From the IMG/VR virus record IMGVR_UViG_3300043446_005369, positions 20,376-84,375 of that record: DNA of 64,000 bases, one strand, 5' to 3'. Each line of letters opens with the position of its first letter. Position 1 is the first letter of the stretch. The notes under the pieces are model-generated. The model ran no database searches and was not told where the DNA came from. It saw only the letters and a list, made by a program, of their open reading frames with translations. The position numbers were made by a program, and so were the translations under genes. Of this stretch, positions 27,112 to 37,100 are shown piece by piece. This DNA comes from a virus.

Positions 27112-29748
27112 TTAAAAGTTTCCGATTACTTCTTCAAAATCAACGCCAGTCTTGGTGGCAATAAAGTTCAGTCCAATAAAGTTGATAGATCTTGATGGTT
27201 TAATGTAAATATCAGCAATAAATTCATTATTATCAATAACTGCACCTGTATTATTTGTTTCATCACAAATTACAATATAATCAAAGATACCTCTCTTTGC
27301 CTGAATATCACGAAGGAAAGGTTCGATAGTATTCACAAAATTAGTTCTTGTAACTTCATCATTAAATTCAAATAGAACATCTTTTGCTGCTTGAGAAATT
27401 GCATTTTCAATATAAACAAACAGGCGACGAACATTAATTCTGTCAAATGCAGATGCTCTTGAGAGACCTGTTTTATCACCAAAAAGAATAATTCCCGAGC
27501 CAGGAGAAGAAATTACTGGATTAATTCGGTTTGAATATAGTCTATCTCTTTGGGATTTAGTTGGATTATATGCAAGTTTAACTGCATTTAGAATAGTTCC
27601 TCTTGCAGTCCCTGCAGGTGAATACCAAGGGAAATTATTAATATCATTTCTTGCACAAGTACCAGCAATATCCCCATTTAATGGTACATATCTAAAGGTA
27701 TTCGAGAAACGATCATACATGTACTTATAACCACTATCGAAAACTGCATAAGATGAAGAAGTTATAGGTGAATAGAAAGAAATTAGATTTTCTGTAATAT
27801 CTGCGGCAGATCTTACAGTAACTTCAGATGGAACTGAAGTATCACTAATTGATGCTCCTCTATATGGAGAAATAAATGCGATTGAATCTTTTCTTAATTC
27901 CGCAATAGAAATTAACTTGTTTGCAAGTGCTTGAGTGGTTTCCATATCATATGCTGCAGATCCCATGATCAAGAAATCTACCTGATGATTTTCTGTTGAT
28001 TCAAATAAGTCATAACCATCCGAAAGCTTTGCTAAAGTTGCAGTTAATGCACCAGTCGAAAAATCGGTTTCTCCTCTATAATTTTGTCCACCAGTCATAA
28101 TTTCATTTACTGTACCACAGCATGAGAAAATAATCCCATCTGCATTTTGGTCCCAATCATCGTCAGAAACGAGATTGAAATCTGTGGTATAACCAGTCGT
28201 AGCTGTAGCATTTGGCTGACCCAATCCAAAAACATATTTTGAATTATATGCTAAATATTTTCTCCAATAAGAAGTACTTCCAGCAGAAAACTCCGCATCT
28301 TTTGCTTTAGATAACCCAAGATGCTTTTCTAAAATTGTACCAGCATTTCCGGAAATGGATCCATTTGCATCAATTATAACAACATGAATCTCATCAAATC
28401 TTGAATTTCTTGCTGCCGCATATCCAGATGTTCCTGGTCGTGGAGCAATATTATTCCAATTAATACTAGTGGTCTCAGTAATTTTTATATCTTGTGCATC
28501 AAACCAATCATAACTGGAACTATAGGATAGTGAAGTGTTTGAAGTAGTCTGACCATTTTTATAAAAATTGAATTCTCCACCACTTGGATCAAATTGATAT
28601 ATACCAGATTGCTGATAATCTACTTGTTCTTCAACACCATTCGGTGCAATATAACTTAAAACTTTAACACTAATTGTATCACCAATAACTCTAGTAACAA
28701 TACCCTTTAGATCTCCTCTAAGAGTTGTTTTATTACCTACTCCAGGATTTATTTTACCGGATAATGACTGCCTAATACCATCACCAAGATTAATTGCAGT
28801 AAATCCAACAGAAATTGTACCGAAATCAAAAGTAGAAAAAATGTCATTTCTTCTTACTGAAGCAGTAGATAATCCAATAACACCTGATCCTATTGAAACT
28901 ACTGTGGCAATTCCAGGTAGTACTCCAAGGGTATTACAACGTACTCTCTGACCAAGAGAAATATTATCTGTGGAAATTGCTACAGTGGATGCACCACCTA
29001 CAATAAGACCACCCTTAGGATCTGAAATTATACTAAAATCAAATGTGGAATTAATATTACCAGTATCTTGTGAAGCCTTAGATAGGGTAATGATTCCTGA
29101 TCCAACTGAGACTACTGTTGTATTTTCAGGAAGAACATTGGGCGTATCGCATCTTACGATTTGACCAGCAAGAATTCCGGTTGTGGTAATTGCTACAGTA
29201 GATGCACTACCAACAAGAACACCTTGTCTATTTGAAACTATTGAAATTTCGGCAGGAGTAAAAATACTTGCGGCTTGAGTATCAATACCATCCAATACTT
29301 GATCTGCTCTACTATCGATAAATGCAACTCTAACTCCATTTGACCAAGTTCCTGGATTTTTTGCTGCAAAAACAACCTGGGGAAGAGTATTTTCATCATA
29401 TCCCAGCTCTTCATAGTGTTGTAAACTATTAATTCTAACTGATGTTGCAACTCCCACAAATCCATTTTGAAGTTCATCATCATTTGCTCTTACTACTTTT
29501 AGTGATCCACCATAAGCAAGGTAAGAAGATGCGACCAACCAATGTTCATAATGATTATCCGTAGAATATGGTTGCCCGAAATTAACTAGTAAATCGTTTT
29601 CATTTTCTACAAGTGTTGGTACGTCTACAGGACCTTTCGCAAAAGGTGCTACAATTGCTCCAATCTTATTTGATGATGGAGTGACTCTGCCAAGCGTTAA
29701 GTCAAATTCTTTTACTAAAATTCCAGGAGATGCTAAATTTAGCGGCAT
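27112..29748 (-). CDS. gp18: tail sheath protein gp18 with a duplicated insertion
   Basis: SPGILVKE, PWYSPAG and FDRINVRRLF motifs; TATAAATA at 29790-29783. Confidence 0.96.
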   Translation of the reverse strand: MPLNLASPGILVKEFDLTLGRVTPSSNKIGAIVAPFAKGPVDVPTLVENENDLLVNFGQPYSTDNHYEHWLVASSYLAYGGSLKVVRANDDELQNGFVGVATSVRINSLQHYEELGYDENTLPQVVFAAKNPGTWSNGVRVAFIDSRADQVLDGIDTQAASIFTPAEISIVSNRQGVLVGSASTVAITTTGILAGQIVRCDTPNVLPENTTVVSVGSGIITLSKASQDTGNINSTFDFSIISDPKGGLIVGGASTVAISTDNISLGQRVRCNTLGVLPGIATVVSIGSGVIGLSTASVRRNDIFSTFDFGTISVGFTAINLGDGIRQSLSGKINPGVGNKTTLRGDLKGIVTRVIGDTISVKVLSYIAPNGVEEQVDYQQSGIYQFDPSGGEFNFYKNGQTTSNTSLSYSSSYDWFDAQDIKITETTSINWNNIAPRPGTSGYAAARNSRFDEIHVVIIDANGSISGNAGTILEKHLGLSKAKDAEFSAGSTSYWRKYLAYNSKYVFGLGQPNATATTGYTTDFNLVSDDDWDQNADGIIFSCCGTVNEIMTGGQNYRGETDFSTGALTATLAKLSDGYDLFESTENHQVDFLIMGSAAYDMETTQALANKLISIAELRKDSIAFISPYRGASISDTSVPSEVTVRSAADITENLISFYSPITSSSYAVFDSGYKYMYDRFSNTFRYVPLNGDIAGTCARNDINNFPWYSPAGTARGTILNAVKLAYNPTKSQRDRLYSNRINPVISSPGSGIILFGDKTGLSRASAFDRINVRRLFVYIENAISQAAKDVLFEFNDEVTRTNFVNTIEPFLRDIQAKRGIFDYIVICDETNNTGAVIDNNEFIADIYIKPSRSINFIGLNFIATKTGVDFEEVIGNF

Positions 29749-29816
29749 TTTTTATTCTCCATGTCCAGAATTATTCTAAAAGTATTTATAAATTCCTAGT
29801 GTTTATAAATTATACT

Positions 29817-32540
29817 TTATTGATATTCCCACATGTAGCTCCATTCGGAAGAAACATCACCATATTCATCTAAATTCCATACTTCCAGTGATCCTTTTTG
29901 ATTATTTTGATTTGCAAAAACCCACATGTCTCCAGTTTCTTTTTCAATATCAATTCCAGATAGTTCTTCTAGACCATCAGAAATAAATCCAAAAGGAGAC
30001 ATGTCTTGATCAATTTGGTTTTTTTGTTCCTCATAAATTCTTTTTCTGACATCATTATCTGTCATTTCTTTGAAATATTCTTGAGCAACAAGCCAAGCAA
30101 ATATCACAAGACACATTGCTAGATCATCATTACAACCTTCTTCAGCTTCAAATGAATTATGTTTTTGAATAAATGTGGTTAACTCTGCAATGATGTCATA
30201 ATCATTAATCATTAATTTATCATCTTCAATCAGCAATTTTAAGTTAGAGCAACCTAACTTTTTAACTGCAGATGTCATTCTTACACCCATTTGCGATTTT
30301 TTCCCACTAAAACCTGAACCAACAATCTGCCCAGCTCGACCTCTCATAGAGCACATAAGCATATTATCATATTCAAGATCATAATGCAAAATACTAGCAA
30401 CTTGCTCACCAATATCATTAACTTCTGCTAAGACCCAAGCATTGTTATAACCTTTTGCTACTTTTTCAATAATACTTGGAAAAAGCATAGGTTTGATTTC
30501 ATTATTTTTATATTTTGCTACTACTTTATATGGAAAATTGGTAATATCAAATACAATAAATGAAGAATAGTCATTTCCAATTCCTCTCGCAACATCGACA
30601 GTAATTAGATAATTATTTTCTTCTTTTGGATTTTCATATACATCTAATCCCTTTTCCCCTCTTTTAACTGGATCATCATAAGTTAAAATTTTAAGTTTAC
30701 TTGGATTGATTAATGTTCCTACAGATCCCAGGAATTCGCAAAGGTGCTCAGCCCTAAACTGTTCTTCACTAGTATTTGCAATTGTCTCTGCTTTCCACTT
30801 TTCATCTCTACCTGGAACTTCTGACCAATGAACTTCAGTAGCAACAAATTGATTTTTATTTCTTTCAGCATCGTGCCACATTCTATAGAAGTGGTTCATG
30901 CCTTTTGGTGTTGAAACGACAATAACTTTTGTTGATTTACCTGAAGAAATTGTAGGATATACAGAAGCAAAGAAATCGTCTGCAATGTGATTCGGAACGA
31001 ATGCAAATTCGTCAAGGAAGATAATATTAAATGTCATACCACGAACTGCAGATGCAGAAGTAGATGCTGCAATAATCTTAGAACCGTTTTCTAATTCTAG
31101 AGATCCTTTGTTCCACGATATAATACCCTGTTGCATCCATTTTGGTAGATTCTCATAAGATAATTGAAGTCTACTTAAAAGTTCTCTGGAAGTAGATGCC
31201 TTGTTTGCCAAAATTCCAATGTTTACGTTGTCATTAAAAACAACATAATGCAATAGATAAGATACTACGGTAGTTGAATTGTGAGTAGGTATAAATGTTT
31301 TTCCGCACAAAAATAAATGATCATCACTATCTACTTGGAGGCAACAAACTGGAACACTTTCAACTTTTTCTATTTTATGTATATAAATTCGTTTATTTTG
31401 TGGCCTTTCGTTTTTATTAAAATTAATTAATTTTATTTTTCTAGGAAGATTAAATATTTTTTCTTTACTCGCAAAACGAATCGTATAATACCAACAATTA
31501 TTAATTAATTTCCTAGATACTCTAGATTTTATTCCCAATGAAGAGAGTAATTCTATAACTTGAATAATGAGTTCGTAGTTTTTTTGATAAAATTCAAATG
31601 ATTGTGTTTTTGTTATTGACCCATCAGTGTCCATCAAACCACGAAGTAATTCCATTCTTTGTTCGACCGATGAACGAAGATATAATTCTGGAATATGCTT
31701 GTGTTTTAATAAATTATTATCTTTTAATTTTTTTTGCAAATTTTTACACTTAAATGTAATACAATTATTATTTTCTCTTTCATATTCAACATCAATTTTA
31801 GTTTTATAAAATTCATAATCATCTTTATGTGAAATAATTCTTCCATCCGAAGAAAATCCATCACCTAACCAAACACCAAGGAGGTATGGATCAATCGGAA
31901 GATTTTTATTTTCTCCCACAAAAGGATTTGTATAATCGATATATAATGATCCGATTACGCCCCTTCCTCTTTTATTGTTTATTTTTTTTAAATATTTTGA
32001 ATAAATCTCATTTGTTGTTAATATTTTTTTTCCAGTTCTCCAATATACCGAATTTACTTCCCATAAATGATCACCATCAGCAATAATTTCTTCCCCATTA
32101 TCAAAATATATTTTATAACATTGATGATTAAACATCGTTTCTGTTTTAAAAGTAACAGAAACAGGATTGCCGCTTGGTGATAGTATTTTATCTCCAACTT
32201 TAACTTCCTCCATTGTTGTCCAACCAGCTGGAGTTGGAATAGGAGTATCCAATGCCAAAGCCTTTCCAACCTGTCTAGGCATCTTGCAAATATTAAATCT
32301 GTTTTTATGGAAATTTGTAATCAGTTTTTCTTGAAATGGCCATAAGTTAAATTTAACTAAGCCATCATCTACGTTTACGATTTTAATATAATTTTTAGCA
32401 AAATATACAGGATCTTCCTTACACTTCAAAAATTCAATGACTTGCTCTTCAGTCCATTGAATAGGGGTATTTGCTCTCTTTAAATTTGGATTGGAGAGAT
32501 AAGCATCACCTTGTTTTAATTGGATATCTTCAATTGCCAT
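29817..32540 (-). CDS. gp17: terminase large subunit gp17 containing a 328-aa intein
   Basis: Walker A PRQVGK|STT is split by the intein; Walker B IFLDEFAF, VDVARG and NDDLAM motifs. Confidence 0.96.
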   Translation of the reverse strand: MAIEDIQLKQGDAYLSNPNLKRANTPIQWTEEQVIEFLKCKEDPVYFAKNYIKIVNVDDGLVKFNLWPFQEKLITNFHKNRFNICKMPRQVGKALALDTPIPTPAGWTTMEEVKVGDKILSPSGNPVSVTFKTETMFNHQCYKIYFDNGEEIIADGDHLWEVNSVYWRTGKKILTTNEIYSKYLKKINNKRGRGVIGSLYIDYTNPFVGENKNLPIDPYLLGVWLGDGFSSDGRIISHKDDYEFYKTKIDVEYERENNNCITFKCKNLQKKLKDNNLLKHKHIPELYLRSSVEQRMELLRGLMDTDGSITKTQSFEFYQKNYELIIQVIELLSSLGIKSRVSRKLINNCWYYTIRFASKEKIFNLPRKIKLINFNKNERPQNKRIYIHKIEKVESVPVCCLQVDSDDHLFLCGKTFIPTHNSTTVVSYLLHYVVFNDNVNIGILANKASTSRELLSRLQLSYENLPKWMQQGIISWNKGSLELENGSKIIAASTSASAVRGMTFNIIFLDEFAFVPNHIADDFFASVYPTISSGKSTKVIVVSTPKGMNHFYRMWHDAERNKNQFVATEVHWSEVPGRDEKWKAETIANTSEEQFRAEHLCEFLGSVGTLINPSKLKILTYDDPVKRGEKGLDVYENPKEENNYLITVDVARGIGNDYSSFIVFDITNFPYKVVAKYKNNEIKPMLFPSIIEKVAKGYNNAWVLAEVNDIGEQVASILHYDLEYDNMLMCSMRGRAGQIVGSGFSGKKSQMGVRMTSAVKKLGCSNLKLLIEDDKLMINDYDIIAELTTFIQKHNSFEAEEGCNDDLAMCLVIFAWLVAQEYFKEMTDNDVRKRIYEEQKNQIDQDMSPFGFISDGLEELSGIDIEKETGDMWVFANQNNQKGSLEVWNLDEYGDVSSEWSYMWEYQ
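31278..32261 (-). mobile_element. class-3 (Ala1, WCT) intein with LAGLIDADG endonuclease in gp17
   Basis: Starts ALALDTPIPT; block B DHLW; block F VCCL; ends IPTHN|S; endonuclease motifs LGVWLGDG and LRGLMDTDG. Confidence 0.93.
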
Positions 32541-32541
32541 A

Positions 32542-33786
32542 TTATGTTAAATCTAAAAATTGTATAGAACCGATAAAATTAGTTGACGTGCCTTCGACAA
32601 CTCTTGCTGCAAGTGTATAAATATCACTAACTTTCGATTGAGTTCTTCCTAATTGTAGATCCCAATTATAGGTTGTTTCAATGTTAATAGGATTTGTTAC
32701 TTTATTTGCAGCAGAAACATAATCATTTAGAACTATAGTTCCTCCAGTTACAATTCCAACCGAATCATAGTTTTGTTGGACATTAGGTGATGATGTATTC
32801 ACCCAATTTGTGGCTGAAATTTGACCATTTTTAATAAGTACTACTTCTACAATAGACCCACCGCCACTGGAATCCGCAGAAAATGAAAATGCTTTAGGTA
32901 AAATAATTGCATCTTCCCTGCCAGGAGCCAAACGAATACTCACAATAGGAGTAAAATTACTACTACTTGCAATTCCAGTAACTAACGATGGTCTTCTTGC
33001 AATATCCCTTGCAACTACTTTTTCGTATCCACCATTAGATTGAACTGAAACACAAATCTGTTTCATAGTAGATGGTGATGTTGTAATTCCAGTATTTAAA
33101 ATTTCATATCTAACAGGAAGAGATGCAGTTGTCATATATACACTATCAATAATATTAGCATGTTCAAATCTATGAGCTATATGAAAATTGCCTTCTTCAT
33201 GAGCAAATCCACAACGTACTGCCCCCACTCCCAACCATTCATATTCAGTAAACATTAATTGAGCTTTGGTTAAATCTAAAATATGACCAGTAACACCTTC
33301 GCCATCGAATTTGTCTACATTCCATTCAGATTGGGGAACACGGATTTCTGTAGTAATTCCAGATTTAGCAGTCCTCATCATCCAATATGTAGTAGTAATT
33401 CCAGATTCCGAAGTAATTTGTTCTAGAAATACTCCATTTTGCGATGATCCATAACCAACTCTCTGTGTGAGATTTGGTTTTGGTAGATTCATTACAAATG
33501 TTTGTAAAACTTGCAATGCTTTTCCGGACTGATATGAAAAAACTCTTTTACTTTCTCTTATAAAAGAACATCCTGCAGTTGTCCCCACTCCAAGAGTTGC
33601 AGTACTTTGATGAGTAATAATTCCTACAGTGGATCCAGTTCCAACTATAACATCATCGAAATCACCATCTTGACTATATCTATGTGTACTATCAAAAAGT
33701 GTATATGGTGTAGATACCTTTAATCTTCCAAATAAATCTCCGCTAAATCCTTTTCCAAGTGGTGACTGATCATATAAATGAGACAT
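32542..33786 (-). CDS. hypothetical virion protein (beta-rich, possibly lectin-like)
   Basis: DLFGRLKVS, EYEWLGVGAVRCGF and YMTTASLPVRYE motifs; ATG overlaps the upstream stop. Confidence 0.6.
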   Translation of the reverse strand: MSHLYDQSPLGKGFSGDLFGRLKVSTPYTLFDSTHRYSQDGDFDDVIVGTGSTVGIITHQSTATLGVGTTAGCSFIRESKRVFSYQSGKALQVLQTFVMNLPKPNLTQRVGYGSSQNGVFLEQITSESGITTTYWMMRTAKSGITTEIRVPQSEWNVDKFDGEGVTGHILDLTKAQLMFTEYEWLGVGAVRCGFAHEEGNFHIAHRFEHANIIDSVYMTTASLPVRYEILNTGITTSPSTMKQICVSVQSNGGYEKVVARDIARRPSLVTGIASSSNFTPIVSIRLAPGREDAIILPKAFSFSADSSGGGSIVEVVLIKNGQISATNWVNTSSPNVQQNYDSVGIVTGGTIVLNDYVSAANKVTNPINIETTYNWDLQLGRTQSKVSDIYTLAARVVEGTSTNFIGSIQFLDLT

Positions 33787-34499
33787 TAGATTACCCTCCA
33801 AGAATTACCTTTCCATATAAATGTTAAACTACCATAATCATAAGCAAGAATTGCACGATCTCTACCATCAATCAAATCATCCCCTGAAGGTAGTATTGTA
33901 ATATATCTATTCGTTCCTTTGGATGCTTCTCCTAACTCATCTTTAACTACAAATATCTTTCCTTGCCTATCTGCTTTTGGAAGTCTAATTGATACTGCAC
34001 CTGAATAATTAACTCCAATATAATAATCTCTAGGTGTAATTGTATAGAATGATGTAGTTACCGAAGTAACTGGCACATCCATAAATGCGAGATTTGTTTC
34101 ACCACCTCCACCAAGAGTAGAAAGTTGTTGTTGAATTCTCTCCAAAAATAACTTATAATGTTTTTGCAAATCTTCATGTGTTGCAAAATTTTGATTTATT
34201 GGAGTGATTGGATCTTCTTTTTGTTTAATATTTGATGGTTCAGATAAAAGTCCCAAAGATTTTTCTATCAATGTCTCTTCCTTCAAGGGAGGAGGAGAAA
34301 TATTACTTAAATTACCAAAATCATCAGGAGGATCTGGTAATTTAATTTTTTTATCTTTTAATTTTTTCTTTACTTTGTTATCTGGATATATAAAATTTTC
34401 AAATTCTTTTAGAATTTTCTTATCCTTTTCAATTTCTTCATTTTTTTGTCGTCTTTCTTGAGCTATTAATTTAAAAAAATCAGATAATTCGTTGCTCAT
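33786..34499 (-). CDS. hypothetical virion protein with a C-terminal fibre/baseplate-type beta module
   Basis: Charged N-terminus; LSTLGGGGE; C-terminal DYYIGVN..VSIRLP..VVKDE..IDG..WRVI module. Confidence 0.55.
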   Translation of the reverse strand: MSNELSDFFKLIAQERRQKNEEIEKDKKILKEFENFIYPDNKVKKKLKDKKIKLPDPPDDFGNLSNISPPPLKEETLIEKSLGLLSEPSNIKQKEDPITPINQNFATHEDLQKHYKLFLERIQQQLSTLGGGGETNLAFMDVPVTSVTTSFYTITPRDYYIGVNYSGAVSIRLPKADRQGKIFVVKDELGEASKGTNRYITILPSGDDLIDGRDRAILAYDYGSLTFIWKGNSWRVI

Positions 34500-34500
34500 A

Positions 34501-35862
34501 TCAGCAATTCCAGGATCTTAAGGATTTATTGATCCTCGAATTTGGATCTCTTGCTGTTTTCGCTGAAGTTAATTTTTTCTTCATTCCAGTCATACGTGAG
34601 CAAAAGCTCTTTCTTCTATTCCAGGCTTTTTCTCCTTTTTTGAGTTTTGAAGGATCTTTAGTTACTGCAGTTTTTAACTTTGAGCCGGGATTTTCTTTTC
34701 TATAAGATTCAACACCAGCTTTATTCAATCCTCCGGATTCCCTTTTCCCTTCTTTACGTTGCCAAGCTGCGGTTTTAGCTTCAAGTACAAATTGCTCAAA
34801 AGTTTTAAGTTTTGAAGGATGTATAGAAGCAGCTTGTTTTCGATCAAATTTTTCTTGTTCAGCATCTTCTCCAATATAATTGCCATCAGGATCATAATGT
34901 GCTACATCTAATTTTCTAGATTTATTTTTAGCTAAAGGAAATAGTTTAGCTCCAGTTGGTTTTGGCTCTTGATCTTTTGGATAAATTCTTTTTCCTTTTT
35001 CGCCTTTAAGGCCAGGGGCATTTGGCAATACTGGACCACGTTCTACGTTCTCTTTCATTTCACCACTATCTACATAATCCGCAGCAGAATCTAGATAGTC
35101 GGCAGCTTTTGTGATTTTTGATTGCACCCACGCCTCGATATTTCCTTCTCCCTTCATTTTTTTACGAAGTCTTTTTACAGCAGATGAAATTGTGTAAAGT
35201 TCTGATCTTGCCATAGAATGCTCATGATCAACTGCTTCTGGCATATTTCCGGGATGTGGTGTATTTGGAGTGTATTTATTTCCCAAACGTATTGGCTGGG
35301 AAAACATATCCCAAACTCGTTCTCCATATTTACACTCATTTCTGGTTTCATTTTTATTGCATTTAGGGCAATATCTGACACCATTCGATTCGGCCACTGG
35401 CACACAATTCGGAACTTCTTTGCCATTTTTTATTTTTGTGCGTGGAGTTCCTAATTTTTTTCCTGACCAACATTTGCTTGCTCCAACATTTTTTCTAGCT
35501 TGTTTAATTCCCTCATCAATCTTTAAGGTTTTGGGGTATCCTTTTTCACCTTTTTTTGCTGGACGTTCACCACGGGCTCTCTTTGCATGAATGTTATCCC
35601 ATAAGCCCATTTTTTCTTCATTTACATCCTTAAATTTTTTATGGTTTTTAATTGCAGATTTTTCCATTTTTTTAAGTCTTGTGTAATAATCGGGAATTTC
35701 GTCCAAATGTTGAAGAGCAATATCAGTAGCTAAATCTTTATCTTTAGTATGTTCATGTTCAATTTGAACTCCCATCTTGAGTTGATTTTGAACAAATGAA
35801 ACATCTAAACGATGTTTTTTTGCTATGCTTTCTACTGTGCTATGAGATTTTATTTGAGTCAC
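34501..35862 (-). CDS. modular basic virion protein (DUF5661-like N-terminus, internal CTS-like motif)
   Basis: GVQIEHEHT..IALQHLDEIPDYYTRL; several short motif modules; internal LKTFEQFVLE; CTAAATA at 35889-35883; GTG start. Confidence 0.6.
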   Translation of the reverse strand: MTQIKSHSTVESIAKKHRLDVSFVQNQLKMGVQIEHEHTKDKDLATDIALQHLDEIPDYYTRLKKMEKSAIKNHKKFKDVNEEKMGLWDNIHAKRARGERPAKKGEKGYPKTLKIDEGIKQARKNVGASKCWSGKKLGTPRTKIKNGKEVPNCVPVAESNGVRYCPKCNKNETRNECKYGERVWDMFSQPIRLGNKYTPNTPHPGNMPEAVDHEHSMARSELYTISSAVKRLRKKMKGEGNIEAWVQSKITKAADYLDSAADYVDSGEMKENVERGPVLPNAPGLKGEKGKRIYPKDQEPKPTGAKLFPLAKNKSRKLDVAHYDPDGNYIGEDAEQEKFDRKQAASIHPSKLKTFEQFVLEAKTAAWQRKEGKRESGGLNKAGVESYRKENPGSKLKTAVTKDPSKLKKGEKAWNRRKSFCSRMTGMKKKLTSAKTARDPNSRINKSLRSWNC

Positions 35863-35871
35863 AATAATATG

Positions 35872-36297
35872 TTATTCTTTATTATTTAGAAAACCTTGTT
35901 TTAGAATTTTAGATAGTTCTGATGTTGATCCTACAAAGATTGCATTATTCATAGTGTTATTTGTAGTTTTAATATTCTTATCATCATCAATTTCTTTGAG
36001 TTTTTTCTGAAGATCTATCAATTTATCTGTAACATCACCCACACTTTTAATTAATTGACCTGCAACTTCATATGCTCTAGCTTGCCCACCCTCATTTGCA
36101 ATTTCTAATATTCCATTAATTGCTTCCTGTCCTTTTTCAATTAATGAATATAAATTCGCTCTTGTATATTCATAATCTTTATCAACATCATCTATTTTAA
36201 TTGGGGATACTTCAATACTTTCCTTTACCTTTTCAACATCGGCAAATTTACTTTCAATATTTAATGCTGAATCTAAATTTTCAAATTGATTTTTCAT
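35872..36297 (-). CDS. gp16: terminase small subunit gp16
   Basis: DYEYTRANL, ARAYEVAGQL and IFVGSTSEL motifs. Confidence 0.9.
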   Translation of the reverse strand: MKNQFENLDSALNIESKFADVEKVKESIEVSPIKIDDVDKDYEYTRANLYSLIEKGQEAINGILEIANEGGQARAYEVAGQLIKSVGDVTDKLIDLQKKLKEIDDDKNIKTTNNTMNNAIFVGSTSELSKILKQGFLNNKE

Positions 36298-36302
36298 GGT
36301 CT

Positions 36303-37100
36303 TTAAATATCAGATTGTTGGGTTGGACTATATGATTTACCGTCAAAAAACATTTCCAATGATTCATTGAATCCATAGTCATCAGTAGGTTCTGCATCAA
36401 TTGGATCAGGTGTTACTGTGTATCTCATTTCCCTCTTTGCGGTTTGAGTATCGCTTCCACTATAATAATCAACTTGGACTTTTCGAATAAGACCTTCTGC
36501 GGTGTCTGAAATTGGACCAAAAAGATATATTTTTGCGGTAAAGTTAAAAGTATATATTAAAATTCTTCTTGTTGAAAAATCTCCTTCATAATCGTCAGTA
36601 AAACTAACACTATCCAATACAATTGGTATATCTTTTTTTTCTCCTATCGAATCTACAAGATCTAAAGTTAGATTAAATGATGGTTGAAAATAAGGTAAAA
36701 TTTGCTCAACAACTTGTAATGCATCATCTTGCAATTTACTAATCAAGTTTACTTGAAATCCTATATTATAGGGCACCGGCATAAAAACTTTTTTCAAATT
36801 TGCCCCATCAGAAGCCTTAAATGATTGCGTCACACCAGCTTTTCTTGACGGATCATATTCTATCGATACCATTTCATAAGCCAATCTAGGCAATGTCATT
36901 GCAATTGGTTTATTTAATTCTGGTTGTTGTTCAATTCTGGCAAGAAATTTTTGAATTGGACCGTAAGCGATTGGTACTTTAATTTGACTTATACTATCAC
37001 CATCAGAATTTTTATGACGAATATCGATGTCATTAAATAATGTACCAAAAGCTATGATTGTTTTTCTAATAATTTGATGATAGAAATATGAGGATAACAT
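36303..37100 (-). CDS. gp15: tail sheath stabilizer / terminator gp15
   Basis: FGTLFNDI, VPIAYGP and EQILPYFQP motifs. Confidence 0.94.
   Translation of the reverse strand: MLSSYFYHQIIRKTIIAFGTLFNDIDIRHKNSDGDSISQIKVPIAYGPIQKFLARIEQQPELNKPIAMTLPRLAYEMVSIEYDPSRKAGVTQSFKASDGANLKKVFMPVPYNIGFQVNLISKLQDDALQVVEQILPYFQPSFNLTLDLVDSIGEKKDIPIVLDSVSFTDDYEGDFSTRRILIYTFNFTAKIYLFGPISDTAEGLIRKVQVDYYSGSDTQTAKREMRYTVTPDPIDAEPTDDYGFNESLEMFFDGKSYSPTQQSDI

Noticed and set aside
29784-29810. ATTTATAAA/TTTATAAAT inverted repeat upstream of gp18
   Set aside because: It is all A/T and explained by the TATAAATA late promoter and base composition.
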